From assembly GCF_000485595.1 (NCBI RefSeq), contig NW_014577091.1, forward strand, positions 250,763 to 306,946: a stretch of DNA of 56,184 nt. The letters run 5' to 3'. Positions 40,453 through 53,872 of this stretch are shown one piece after another. The notes under the pieces were generated by a model, which was not told the DNA's origin, made no database searches, and saw only the letters and a program-made list of their open reading frames with translations. Numbering within the stretch: position 1 is the first letter of the stretch; the number at the start of each line of letters is the position of its first letter. This DNA is from Priapulus caudatus (lineage: Eukaryota). The position numbers were made by a program, and so were the translations under genes.

Positions 40453-40699
40453 AAAACGATAGCATTCCACCGAATTTAAAGGCGCTTATTACTACACACA
40501 TTGTATAACATTTAGACAATCTCTGGTAGATACAATGTATATATATATATATATACATACATATCATGGGTTAATAATGACAAATTGTCATATGTACTCT
40601 TGATATGTATATATTCATAATATGATACTACTTGATATATTATATATCATAGTTATATATATAATATACTATAGTCTATATATATATGTACTTATATAT

Positions 40700-40937
40700 A
40701 GAGAGAGAGGGAGGAAGACGCGAGAGTACGAGAGGAGAGTCAGAATGGAGAGAGAGAGAGAGACAGAGAGGAGACGAGAGGACGACGGAAAGAGATCGAG
40801 AGAGAGGCGTGGTGGAGAGAGAGAGAGAGTAAAAAAAGGGGATGAGCGAGAAAATGGAGGAGAAGATGGAGAAAGAGAAAGAGACGAGAGAAAGAGATCC
40901 GAGAACGAGCAGAGAGAGGACGCAGAGGAAGAGACGA

Positions 40938-40990
<53 letters not shown>
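40700..40990. repeat. (GA)n-rich simple repeat
   Basis: read directly from the sequence. Confidence 0.9.
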
Positions 40991-40994
<4 letters not shown>

Positions 40995-41491
40995 GCAGTT
41001 CGCCACTGACCATATAATAGTACAAACCATAATAGTGTCTAGATTGGCCTGGGTGCAATTGCTCCCCTTTTGCCCCCGCCCGCTAACCACGCCCCTGCAA
41101 TTATTGTCAACGGAGTAATGCATTTACAAAATTGGGCTCTTATGATGTAATATACCAAAATTCAAAAAGTCCATACAGGCGCCTTTGGCATGAACATAAC
41201 TTCATTATTGAAGTATATTGACTATTCAGTATATAGTAGTTCAGTATACAATGCAGCACTCGTTTCTGGTTGCAGCTGCAGTAGAGTGCAGACTGTTTAA
41301 CACATACATACTGATAGTAAAACGGGTGTAAGACTTCGTTAACCGTTTACGGATTGCACAATTGATGAGCTTGTAATTTAATTCATATAATTTATGTAGA
41401 ATGTATCCAGGTGATGATTCCGGTATTCTCCAAGGGGTCCGATGAATGCGGTGTTGAGAAGGCGCATCTCATCTACAGATTAACTCCAGAT

Positions 41492-41790
41492 CAGTGGCTC
41501 TTCACTTGGGTTCGACCGAACCCCAGGGGTTCGGTGAGCCAGTCTCAGGGGTTCGGCGGAGGTCCTCCGAAACGCATTAAAATTTTGCTAGAATTTGCTA
41601 GAATTTTTATTTTTTGTTCATTCTTTGCATGCTTTCCAAATATAGTCTTGAATGTTGATGCAATGTTTTAATTTCTTGGATTAATTAAAATTGATTAAAC
41701 TTGATTTGTTTTTGTCAAATTTGAGGGGTTCGGCGAGTGAGCAGTGGGTTTGTTAGGGTTCGGCGCCTCTAAAGAGGTTAAGAAACACTG
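41492..41790. mobile_element. hAT (Charlie-like) MITE
   Basis: CAGTG...CACTG termini; 8-bp TSD CTCCAGAT/CTCTAGAT; reiterated GGGTTCG subterminal motifs. Confidence 0.8.
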
Positions 41791-42078
41791 CTCTAGATGC
41801 TATTGACATGACATGCCGTTTTTGGTAACACTGCAACGTCATTTGTCTCACTCTTCATAATCCATTCAGACTGCTTCATCCTGACCTCATCCCTTCTCCG
41901 ACGTTATAACTGCCCCCCCCCACCCAATGCTACTGCAGCTCCAATCGTCTTGATTGCCCACTTTTTGTTGTCACGAACACTGCCTGCTATACATGACTAT
42001 GCATGTCCTGTCTGGACCTTTCACCTACATTGCTTACTCATTACAAACATGCATATAGCAATAGCATACAGCATAGAG

Positions 42079-42267
42079 CAGTGGTTCTTAACCCTTTTTG
42101 AGTCATAGACCCCTTTGAGAATCAGGTGAAAGCTACGGACCCCTCTCCCTAAAAAATGCACATAAGCACATAACACAAATTTTGTACGCGCCTGGTTCAT
42201 TGACCCCCTGAAACCCATCCGCGTACCCCAAAGGGCTCCATGGACCCCAGGTTATAAGAACCCACTG
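42079..42267. mobile_element. hAT-Charlie MITE (MER103-like)
   Basis: CAGTGGTTCTTAACC...GGTTATAAGAACCCACTG termini; decayed 8-bp TSD GCATAGAG/TGTTAGAG. Confidence 0.8.
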
Positions 42268-43906
42268 TGTTAGAGAATAAAGTGTACGTGTCAAAATCAC
42301 GTGCCGGATCACTTCAATTCTTCCTTGTCCAAACACAGGTATGTACATCATTCACGTTTGAAGCGTTTTAGTCATTTGTGAAAGCTTTCGTGCGACGTAC
42401 TTAGACACCAAGGGTCACTTGTCAGCGCTACCTGTATATATATATACTCGTAGTAATTAAGTATGTACATTTCATATGTTGTTAAATTAGGAATTAAAAG
42501 TATTCATATCATATAATAATCCATGTTGCATAAGATATTTTAATCAGAGATTATGCAACATCCAGCGAATACACTTGTAATTCTCAAAAAATTGGTAGAA
42601 AATTTGTTCTTTTTCAGAGAATTACCAAAAATAAGTGCTAATTATGGGGTTATTGAAATGATAGCCACCTTAACGTTCACACTGCTTAATTACTCGGAAT
42701 TACGAAGTTACAAGTCCGTGTTATGCATGTAGTCTAAACGTACTGTACATGACAGTAGCATGGCCTGCTAAATCTACACTAGCGCCTACCCTCCGTTGGC
42801 GTTTCACATAACCTCCATTCGTATACGACACTACATAATTCATGAAATTTACAGAATACTAGCACACGACCAGTGCTACCCGTTTTTATGATGCATAACT
42901 CAGTAGCCATGAGCAGCTGTCCTGTAAAACATCATCAACCTCGTACACTTCCCTGCCAATATGCCAGCCGTGATCAATGTTACACTGCTGTGATATACTA
43001 ACAATGTCACGGATCAATAAATGGTCAGGCTGCCTGTAATGCTGGTATGCATAATTCTAGACGATCTTCCATTGCACGTGACACTCGCATATCATTAGCA
43101 TAGGCTATATAATAACATTTATACCAGCACATTTCATTTATATTCAATTTAGAAGAGTTTTATCGCTCATTAACTCACAACCCACAGCAGTAAATTGCAG
43201 AGCAAGTGCCGGTTTTGGTGCAATGTTTCATAATCACCTAGACATGTAAACGAATTCTCTTATGGTTGGATAAATGCAACACATAAAACAGGTGCCATAG
43301 ACAGATTAAAGGAATCCTGGAAGGAGATCCGATGAACGCAGCAGAAAGGGATGGGGTGGTATCAGGACTGTCATAGTACCACCCGACAGATTTTCTTACT
43401 GAAATCTCTGGTTGCAACACGATGAATTACGAATACACTATACGTTTTCTATTTTAAAATACTCTAGTATATGTCATCCGTGGCAACTTTTGCACCGTAC
43501 AGGAAAAAATTAAGACTATAGTTACAAATTGTGTAGTATTATTCTGAGTCCCCCGGACCACCCATGCTGTTTAGTATAGTATGTGTTAGTGTGTGTTAGT
43601 GTGGTAGTTAGTATGTGTGCTTAGTATAGTCAAAGAAATTATATGAATATCTAGACTCTAGAGCAATGTAAAAAATAAAAAGAAACAATTTCGTATTGAT
43701 CAGCTTACGGAAATATTGAATTGATATTGATATATAATTGAGTTTTATATATATTAGTTAGACGTAAGTGTGCTACCATACATACGGATTTATTATCATT
43801 AATTACAGGAACAAAAGGCTAATGAAAACAACCACGCTGTTGCCACACGTATAGTACTGTGTTATTGAAACAACGATAGTGGTATAGCAATTACATCAGA
43901 ATTAAA

Positions 43907-44890
43907 AACAAGTGCCGCAGAGCGACAGCGCTCAACTGACGTGTACTGTAGCCAGGTATTCTTCTGATAAACTCACTGGCAACCGAATCAAGTCCGCCCT
44001 CCTGCCACCGCGTTCGCGCTCAGAGCATATATCTAGGATACTACTAATACAGATCTAAAATCTATGATAGGCTATACCTACTGGTAGTACAGTAGTAAAG
44101 ATACAGCTGTGTAACTTTAATGACTTCGCTATATTAACATGTTATCAAGGATATGCGTCGAGCGCGAGCGTAGTGGTGGTGGTGCGGCCGAGGTGGGGAG
44201 AGGGGGAGGGTGGGGGAGGGTGGGGAAAGGCGGGGGGAGGGGTGAGAGGGGGCTCTAATAGCAAAAGCAGTTCAGTCCTTTGTTAACAGTCAACAAATCC
44301 ATGTTTAACCCTCCTCTTGAGGGTCAAAAGGTTATCCGACACTTACTCTTCGCCATGTCAGCGGAAAGTACATTTCAGTTGTCTTTCAATAAAGCCATAA
44401 ATATGAGGTCACCGCTGAAACAAAAAAGTTTTTCAATCGCTCCGTCAGACCATGTCCTGCAGAAAATGTCTAAAATCTGCCCTGTCCCCATTGACCTTTG
44501 ACCTCTGTGACCTCCAATTTCGGGCACAGTGATGGCTTTTCCTACCATGATGCTATACATCGACACTATCACGAGCCTAGGTCGAGGCCGTTTAGATTCT
44601 TGTGGCCGCAATTCTGCATTTCCTCCCTATATACCTTAATTAAGGGAGCGGAATGTCCCCCCTTCTTTTACACTCTTGACCTTTGACCTTTGACCCCAGC
44701 TTCGAACATCTCAAACTCGTTTTGGATCTACCCCCCCAGCCACCCATATGCGTGACGCGGTACGTCCAGCGTTCTAAGATTTGTGCCCAACTGTTGACGG
44801 ACGCAAGCGACGGCACGGGACAACGGACGCACGGAGCCACGGACGCACGTACAATCATGCAATTCTTACAAGCTGCCACTGATTGATCAG
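43907..44890. mobile_element. Helentron/HINE-like interspersed repeat, copy 1
   Basis: begins AACAAGTGCCGCAGAGCG; has TGACCTTTGACC motifs and a GACG microsatellite; the same sequence recurs at 48142 and about 56094. Confidence 0.6.
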
Positions 44891-45229
44891 CCATCGTTAT
44901 GGGCCCAGATGAGCTCTAAAAATGTGGTAACGTGTGTAGTACAGCTGCATAGGTCTATGTCTCCCTGGGTATGCCGGTGCTGCCGCGAAATAATCTGACG
45001 GTCGCCGAAATAGCTGACGATAGGAGCGCCGTCATGCGCATGCGTGCCGACCCGGACCGATGACAAGCTCGTCTTTGTGTTACGCATAGGCTGTGGTCTA
45101 GGTTCCTTATAGTAACAGAAGAGTTGCGGACCAACAGGATTTGACGCAATATGGTTTTCAAATGAATCCACACCCGCTGCCCGCGCTCAAGTACAGCGCT
45201 GTAATGGATACGCTGTACAAGGCTCCCGT

Positions 45230-45856
45230 AGTAATTAATTAGCACTAATCGTGCTTCAATAAACTTCAAAATTCACAGAGATTATAGGTATAGACATCGC
45301 CTGTCTATGTGATATCTAGATTTCTAAGAAATGTTACTCAAATCGTTCGCGCGCCATATGATACGTTTAATTATACACATTACTTAACGCCCATAGCGTC
45401 GTATATTAGCCTGTGCGATACCGCGCGTAGATACTTGCTATAATTAATAAAACACTCGCGCTGCAATAAACTGCAAGATCATCAGAGATCATAGATAAGA
45501 CATGTGTTTTAATGTATCTAGATTTCTAGAAATGCTAAACTCAAATCCGCTTCTTCGCGCCATAAAATATTATGATAGTTTAATTGTACACTTTCTTACA
45601 GCCCATAGCCGTGCGTAATTAGCCTTATGTGCGAACCGCGCGTAGATACTTGCCTAATTAATTAAACCACTCGCGCCTTCAATACACTCTCAGAAATCAC
45701 AGGAGATCATTAGATAACAACGTGTTTATATGTATCTAGATTTTCTAGAAATGTAACTCAAACGTTCGCCGCCGAGTAATAATATTATCGTAGTTTAATT
45801 GTACACTTCTCTTACTGCCCATAAGCGCGTGCGTATATTGCCTATGTGCGATACCG
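45230..45856. repeat. about 200-bp satellite, about 3 copies (noisy)
   Basis: recurrent tatctagatttctagaaatgt...ctcaaatcgttcgcgcc; same unit as 53170-53835. Confidence 0.85.
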
Positions 45857-45895
45857 ACAACACCGATAGCCGATTATTACCGATTTATTATGGCA

Positions 45896-47630
45896 CTAGC
45901 GGGATACCCGTGTTGCCGCGGGAAATCACTCAATATCAGTGGCTTACTCAGTTGCGTGAACCGCTGGTTGAAAGGAGAAAATACCCGCAAAAATAACTAA
46001 TCTAATCTATCCAGGCATCCATCCATGCCATCCCCTCGCACCGCATCCCGGCCCCATCCGCATCCCACTCCCATCGCATGCCATCTCATCGCATCCGCAG
46101 CGCCATGCCATGCCATCCCATCCTATCCCATACCCAGTCAACATCGCATGCCATCCCATCCCAATCCCCAACAATAAAATAATAATAAGAAATCAAAAAG
46201 AAAAACGTCATTAAATTCTCCTTCACGCCTCTCTCCCATTCCTTTCCGAGCTCTCCCTTACTCCCCTTTCTCCTCTCCACCAGCTTCTCCCTTCTCCCTC
46301 CATCCTTCTCTCACCAGCCCCCTCTCCTCTCACGCATCGCTTCTCCCTCCTCCTTCTCCCACCAGCTTCTTCCCCCCTCCTCCTCCTCCACCCACCTTCC
46401 CCCTTCTCCCCTTCCTCATCACCCAGCTTCTCCTTGCTCAACAGTTTCTCCCCTCCTCCTGTCTGCACCAGCTTCTCCTCTCGCCTCCTTCTCCACTTAG
46501 CTTCTCCCTTCTCCCCCTCCTGCCTTCCACCTCCTTCTCCAACCATCTTCTCCCACTCCTCCTTCCTCCACGACCTTGCTCCTTCCCCCTTTCTCCCACC
46601 AGCTTTTCTCCCTGTCTGCCCTTTCCTGCCTTCTCCACCAGCTTCTCGCCCTCCTCCTATCTCCAGCCAGCTTCTCCCTTTCCTCCCTCCTCCTTCTCAC
46701 CAGCTGTCTCGCCCCTGCCTCCTTCCAGCAGTTCCCTCTCCCCTCCTCCTTCTCCAGCCAAGCTTCTCCACCTCCTCCTCCTCACCACCTTACCTCTATC
46801 TCCCTTCTGCCACTTCCTCCTTCTCCTACCAGCTTCTCCCTCCCCTCCACCAGTTCTCCCTTCTCCCCTCCTCCTTCTCCCCCTCCTCTTTCCACCAAGC
46901 TTCTCCCTTCTCCCCCTCCTCCTCCACCGCTGCCCTTCTCCCCTTCCTCTCTTCTCCACCAGCTCCCTTCACTGCCTTCTCCACCAGCTTCTCCCCTCCT
47001 CCTTCCTCACACCTTCTCCCTTCTCCCCTTCTCCTCCACCAGCTTCTCCCCCTCCTCTTTCTCCCCTTCCTCCTTCTCCCGCACTTCTCCCCCTCCTCCT
47101 TCTCACAGCCTTCTCCCTCGCCTTCCTTTCTCCCACACAGCTTCTCCTTCTCGCCCTCCTCCTTGCCACCAGCTCCCTTCCTCGCTTTCCTTCGCTCCAC
47201 AGGCTTGCTCCCCCTCCTCCTTCTCAACCGGCTTCTCCCCCCAACTCCACCACATATCTCCCTTCTCCCCTTCCTCCTTTTCTACAGCGCCTTCTCCCCT
47301 TCCTCATTCTCCAACAGTTTCTCCCCCCTCCCTTTCCTTCTCCACCAGGCTTCCCCCTCTCCTCCCGCCCAGCTCCTTTCCCCTCCTTCTCCACCCTTCC
47401 TCCTTCTCACAGGCTGTTCTCACCCGTCCTCCTCATCCACACCTTCTAACCTTCTCCCTTCCTCCTCCACCGAGCTTCTCTCCTTTTCCCCTTCCTCATT
47501 TTCCACCAGCTTCTCCCCCTCTACTTCTCCACCAGCTTCTCCCTTCCCCTTCCTCCTCATCCAGCTTCTCCCCTCCTCCTCTCCACGCAAGCTTCTCTCT
47601 TCTCCCCCTCCTGCCTTCTCCACAGCTGGT
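45896..47630 (-). mobile_element. Helitron 3' end with adjoining (CCATC)n and a 1.4-kb CT-rich minisatellite
   Basis: reverse complement of the same hairpin-CTAG terminus and the shared ctcagttg...ttgaaagga...aaatacc segment; 5' end not found. Confidence 0.6.
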
Positions 47631-48141
47631 GTCCCTAGCCCGTGAAGTGGAAATCGCCATAATTTGCGAGCATATATTGCCGAACAGTGCGCATGCGCAT
47701 ACGCATCCTATATCATTATTTCGCTGAGGTCAGAAATTTCGCAACACCAAAGACGAGCTGTGATTGTAGGGCGGGACGCCATGCGAACGTGCGCAATGCG
47801 CATTACGCATCCTATCTCAGATATTTCGCAAAGTCAGCAAATTCGCGTTACAACCGAACGAACCTGGTACGTGTCCGTATACCGGAACGTACCCTGGTAA
47901 CTATCTGATATTGGTTAGGGTAGGTTAAGGGTTAGGGTGTATGGGGGTAGGCGTAGGGCTCAAGTGACTTCGTGTGGAGTAGGCGTAAGGTACGTCCCTC
48001 GGCTTTGAAGTAGCGCGAGGTACGCGTCGCATAGAGTACGAGTAACGTGCGATTGAGGGACATAGACCCTGGCAGCGATTAGTAACATTCATGCATCTTG
48101 ACCAAGAGCAGTATAAGTACGTTTAACGATGCACTAAACCA

Positions 48142-49445
48142 AACAAGTGCCGCCAGAGCAGAACAGCGCTCACCTTACGGCAGGTGTTCTGATGCAAACT
48201 CACTGGGAAAACGGAGATGAGAGCACCCTCCCATCACCGCGTCACGCTCAGAGCATATATCTAGGATACTACTAATACAGATCAAAAATCTATGACAGCT
48301 AGGCATTTGCTTATACCGGTAGTACAGTAATAAAGATACAGCTGTATAACTTTAATGAATTCGCCTAAATTAAATTTATCATGGGCGCGAGCGTCAGTGG
48401 TGGTGGTGGGGGCCTGGGTTTGAGTGGGGAGAGGGGGCGGGTGCGCGGGGGGGCCTCTAATAGCAAAAAGCCAGTTCCGCCGAGATGGCGCGTGCAAGTG
48501 TCATCAATAATCAAGATGTCCATCACTTTCGTGCGTGATAACCTCACTCCATTGAGTTGACTGCAATCCAAGTATATCAGGCAGCGCCGAGAATTTCGCT
48601 CAGCTGTGAGCTTAACACATCTAGCATTTGCAGGGCCAGGCAATTAATTATTGATTAAATAGTGCCAGTTCACCGCATGCTATGCCGTAATGGGCTGCCC
48701 CCATGTTTTTGCCTACCCACCGTGAGCATTCAGGTCATTACAGGTGTAATAACAGAGGCTGCTTACTCAGGGTGCTAATACAGACTGCTTAGAAATAATA
48801 TATTAAGGAGCGTAAACCTTGTTCAACAAACATTTGCCTTTGCCAATTGGAACGGTGCAACTGGTAGCCTCACATCAAAAAATAGCAAAACAGTTCAGTT
48901 GCCTTTGTTATCAAGTCAACAAATCCATGCTGTTAAACCCTCCTCTTGAGCGAGTCAAAAGGTTATCTGACACTTACTCTCTCGCATGTCAGCGGAAAGT
49001 TACATTTCAATGGATCCATTCAATAAAGCACATAAAAAATGCGTAGGTTATGCTGAAACAAAAAAGTTTTGTTCAATCGCCCCTCCATCAGATCATGTCC
49101 TCAAAAAATGGGTATAAAATCTGCCCTGTGCCCCCATTGACCTTTGACGGTGACCTCAATTTTCGGCACAGTGAGGCTTTTCCTACCATGAATGCCTATA
49201 TAATACACCCGACTATCACGAGCTATGGTCGAGCCGTTAGGAGGGAATTGTTCCCCTTCTTATTACACCTCTTGACCGTTGACCCCCCAGCTTCGACATC
49301 CCAACTCGTTTTCGGATTACCCCCCCCCACGTCCCGAATATCGTGACCGTACGTCGAGCCGTTTATATTTGTGCCAAACTGTTGACGGACGCACGGCCGG
49401 ACGGACGCACGCTCATGCGATTCTACAAGCTGCATCTGACTATGT
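48142..49445. mobile_element. Helentron/HINE-like interspersed repeat, copy 2 (about 400 bp longer)
   Basis: colinear with 43907-44890, plus an extra internal segment at about 48480-48880. Confidence 0.6.
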
Positions 49446-49738
49446 CAAACGTGGGGCAGTAACTATAGCAAACGGAAGTAAAATTATTTGCTTTTGCAAT
49501 GACTGAATGGGTCAATTGATCAACTGGTTTGATAATTAAAATGACCCATCCTGGCACAGTATTAGTCCGCTGCTCTATATGAAAATTGTTACAACGCACT
49601 GAATTTTAGGTATTCGTATTAAAATGACAAAACAAATATCTCTAAAATATATATTATATAAATATATGACAAATATAAGGTATGCAACGCCGTCTTACCT
49701 GCCGAGAGACCAGCGTAAGCTGCGTAACATATGCATTA

Positions 49739-50368
49739 TCTAATACATAATATTAGTGAATGTATGCCCGTTTGTTTGTCTGTTCTCGATGCAAATCAAT
49801 ATGGAGCACTCTAGAAAATTAATGTCCAAGTACGTTCAGTAGGGGTAACTTTTGATGCTGAATGTCATTAGCACATTGGATTTGACCTCCAAGGTCATCT
49901 GAGGCCGCAGGAGGAAAAAACGAAAAAAACGTTAAATGAACGGCTGCAGCAACATTGTCCATAAGGGATTCAGCTTGCACTGACTTGGTACAGTAGATAA
50001 ATAGATAGATAGATAGATAAATAGATAAATAAATAGATAAATAAATAGATAGATAAATAAATAGATAAATAGATAGATAGATAGATAAATAGATAAATAA
50101 ATAGATAAATAAATAGTTAGATAAATAAATAGATAAATAGATAGATAGATAGATCAATAGATAGATCAATAGATCAATAGATAAATAGATAGATAAATAA
50201 ATAGATAGATAAATAAATAGATAGATAGACGGACGGACGGACGGACGGACGGACGGATAGATAGGATAGATGGATGGATAGATAAGATTTTATGGGGTAT
50301 TTTTCTTTCAACCAAGTGGTCACCAACTGAGTGCTTTATTTCCCGGGCAACGCCGGGCATCCTGCTAG
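49739..50368 (+). mobile_element. non-autonomous Helitron with internal (ATAG/ATAA)n and (GACG)n
   Basis: 5' A|TCTAATACATAAT; 3' hairpin CCCGG-GCAACG-CCGGG at 50342-50357, then CTAG|T; no TSD. Confidence 0.8.
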
Positions 50369-52865
50369 TTAGTACTATATACAATATTACTAAACCTCAG
50401 GTATATATATTATAATATAAATTAATTAATAAATCATATTATAATTTGGTAGTTTACCTTACCACCCTAACCCTAACCCTAACCCTACTCGTATGTATGT
50501 AATTTGTGTACGATACAGCCACCAGGCTCCTCCCTACGTTGCGCAAACCGGGCGCGCCCGCCCTGTTTGGGAAAACTCCCCCCCCCCGTTTCAATCGTTG
50601 CGCCACGTTTAAATTACCTCGGCCCCGATTAAATTCCACCACAATAACAGGTTGACAGCGCGGGAATCGATCGTCAAGAATTCCCATTCAACCAGGACCA
50701 CCGGCACGTGTATTTTTACCGTACCACTAATGCGTAACGTCCTACATTACGCATGCGCTGCAGCCACACACAAGTACAAACAGTCACACTATCCCAAACC
50801 CAACCCCTAACACTAACTGTAAACCGACTCGGTATCTTATATACAAGTACCCCAAATACCGTCTAATGGTGTGGTGTGCTGGCGATTTTACGCCATAGTG
50901 GTACGGTAAAAAACACGACCCGGACCCCCCTAGACGATTCTGCAGCCGCGATATCCAGCGCCGAAGCGGCGCCAACGCGCCCTGCGGCACGCTTTCACAA
51001 CATCGCCTGCACTCTCTGGATTTAACTTCAACGGGTCGTCTGCGTACTGCGCCAAAGCCGTTATTTGTTCGCTTGAGTTGAGCATTCTTGCCTGATTGAC
51101 GAACTGATTTCACTACCCATGTAGCCTTTGAGACTTGCTTGAAATGCCTCGTTATAACTTTTTCTTGGCGACTCGGCGCGCTTGGTTTGCTGTAAAAAAC
51201 CGACTTTGACTTTTTTGTTCACATCTGTAAACAATATATAAGCGCTACATGCGTTGAGCGTTGACTGGCTGAGATTAGAGGATGCGATATATATGGACAA
51301 TACAACATGTTTTCGACTATTCGCTAATAAATCAGTTTACAGTTAGTTTCATTGTCACTCTTATGCTGCCTATTGTAATCTCATGTCCATAGTTACACTC
51401 CTCATCGAAACTAAGATTTAAACATGGATTTCAGAAGTAGCCTAAACTGTGAACAGTCGGAAGCCCATTGAACTGTAAGTGTTCCGTTAAGAATTTCCGC
51501 TGAAATTCCCGGACGGCTCCGACTCAGGACGGCCCAAAAGATAGAGAACATGGTCCCAATAAAACCTAATGGCTGCCTCGTACTGGGCGTGATATCTACA
51601 GGCCACCTATATATATAGTGATATCTAACACGATCCCCCAATGCGAGCATCGAATTGTATCGGACACCCTACGGAATACTTTATTACTACAATACATGTT
51701 ACATAATTACTAGTAAGTACTACTAGTACTACTAGAGACCAGGACTACTAGTACTATTACTAGTTACTACAAGGAGCCTAATAATGACAAACTGGTGTTA
51801 CCCGGTACTAGTAAGTTACTAATATTATAATGACGACTCCTGTTAGTGCTTACTAGTACTCCTACTAAATATAATAGAATATAATGCCTAACTAAATACT
51901 GAAATCTATTTACTACAACTTCGTTCATATTTCTTATAGCATACGGCCTACTCTCTTTGACTATTATTGCCCGAGTTTCCTGTAATTTCCGTTCGAAATC
52001 CTACGTCCAACGTACGCTGCGGCTGCCATTGCTCTCGCGTGCGTACTGTTGCACGCTTTACACTAGATATATATAACAGGTAGGAAAGCGTTGCTAGCAA
52101 AAATTCGCTCGACGCTCGGCTTTATTTGACAGTTTCACGCGACGAATACACATCCACAGCTTTCCAATCTTGTTATCTCCTTGCAACAACAGTGGTCACT
52201 TGTTATAAAAACATAATGAATTTTTTTTATCTTCTGTTCGTAACCGAGCTGTGTCATGCAAAATCACCACAAAAGACGACGAAAGTTTCTCGCATTCGCG
52301 AACCTTGCCAGTAATGGAAAATGGACGGTCAGAATCAGGCAAAACACCTACCGCGCCGCTCTTCGTGACGCTCATCTTGCGCCGGCAACGCTGTGCAACG
52401 TTTTAGCCAACGTTCCGAATGCGCGAGCGTCGTACGGAGTTGGAAGCAGTGGCGCCGCCTGCGCACCGCCCTATAGCCCATAAGACTGGCACTCTGCTTC
52501 CACCTCCGGCTTAGCTTAGTCACTCGATGGGTAATCGGAGGTGGGAAGCGAGTCCAGTCTATATAGCCTTTGTCCTTGCCAGCCATATTCATATACTGGC
52601 GCAAAAAGGTTCTGCCGAACCGCCGAGAAATGTTTCGTTCAGTCTTTCTGTGATTTCGCGCTGACACAGCTCCGGTTACGCAACAGAGACATTATGTGTA
52701 TAACACGTGAACACTGCGTCACGTCCCAAAATGTCTGCCCTCTGCTGATCCCCCACTAAAATTGTGACTGTTCGCTGGCAGCTATGTATGCCTGTGCCCG
52801 GTCTAAGCATTTCGGCCACGCGATCCATAGCTCGCCCAGCGCTGCATACTTCGTTAGACGTAGTG

Positions 52866-53169
52866 NNNNNNNNNNNNNNNNNNNNNNNNNNNNNNNNNNN
52901 NNNNNNNNNNNNNNNNNNNNNNNNNNNNNNNNNNNNNNNNNNNNNNNNNNNNNNNNNNNNNNNNNNNNNNNNNNNNNNNNNNNNNNNNNNNNNNNNNNNN
53001 NNNNNNNNNNNNNNNNNNNNNNNNNNNNNNNNNNNNNNNNNNNNNNNNNNNNNNNNNNNNNNNNNNNNNNNNNNNNNNNNNNNNNNNNNNNNNNNNNNNN
53101 NNNNNNNNNNNNNNNNNNNNNNNNNNNNNNNNNNNNNNNNNNNNNNNNNNNNNNNNNNNNNNNNNNNNN
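52866..53169. other. assembly gap (N run)
   Basis: 304 N. Confidence 1.
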
Positions 53170-53835
53170 ACTTTCTTACCGCCCATATAGCCGTGCTTAT
53201 ATTAGCCTGTGCGATAACGCGCGTAGATACCTGCTATAATTAATTAAACCACTCGTGCTTCAATAAACTCAAAATTCACAGAGATTATAGGTAAGACATG
53301 TGTCTATGTGTATCTAGATTTCTAGAAATGTTACTCAAATCGTTCGCGCCATATGATAGTTTAATTATACACTTTCTTAACGCCCATAGCCGTGCGTATA
53401 TTAGCCTGTGCGATACCGCGCGTAGATACTTGCTATAATTAATTAAACCACTCGCGCTTCAATAAACTCAAGAATCACAGAGATCATAGATAAGACATGT
53501 GTTTATATGTATCTGGATTTCTAGAAATGTAACTCAAATCGTTCGCGCCATAATAATATTATGATAGTTTCATTGTACACTTTCTTACAGCCCATAGCCG
53601 TGCGTATATTAGCCTATGTGCGATACCGCGCGTAGATACTTGCTAATTAATTAAACCACTCGCGCTTCAATACACTCCAGAATCACAGAGATCATAGATA
53701 ACACGTGTTTATATGTATCTAGATTTCTAGAAATGTAACTCAAATCGTTCGCGCCATAATAATATTATGATAGTTTAATTGTACACTTTCTTACCGCCCA
53801 TAGCCGTGCGTATATTAGCCTATGTGCGATACCGA
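53170..53835. repeat. about 200-208-bp satellite, more than 3 copies, running into the assembly gap
   Basis: atagccgtgc recurs at about 53187, 53386, 53594 and 53800. Confidence 0.9.
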
Positions 53836-53872
53836 CAACACCCGATAGCGATTATTACCGATTTATTATGCA

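Noticed and set aside
46434..47727. 403-aa and 383-aa Pro/Ser/Leu ORFs and Glu/Gly-rich antisense ORFs (also 54157-55265)
   Set aside because: The stop-poor CT-rich minisatellite is open in several frames, and the duplicate copy does not preserve frame.
49690..52860. CpG-rich patches and minus-strand donor-like sites (about 49698 and 52350) as RhoGAP promoter or first exons
   Set aside because: Plausible, but not distinguishable from repeats in noisy sequence without transcript data.
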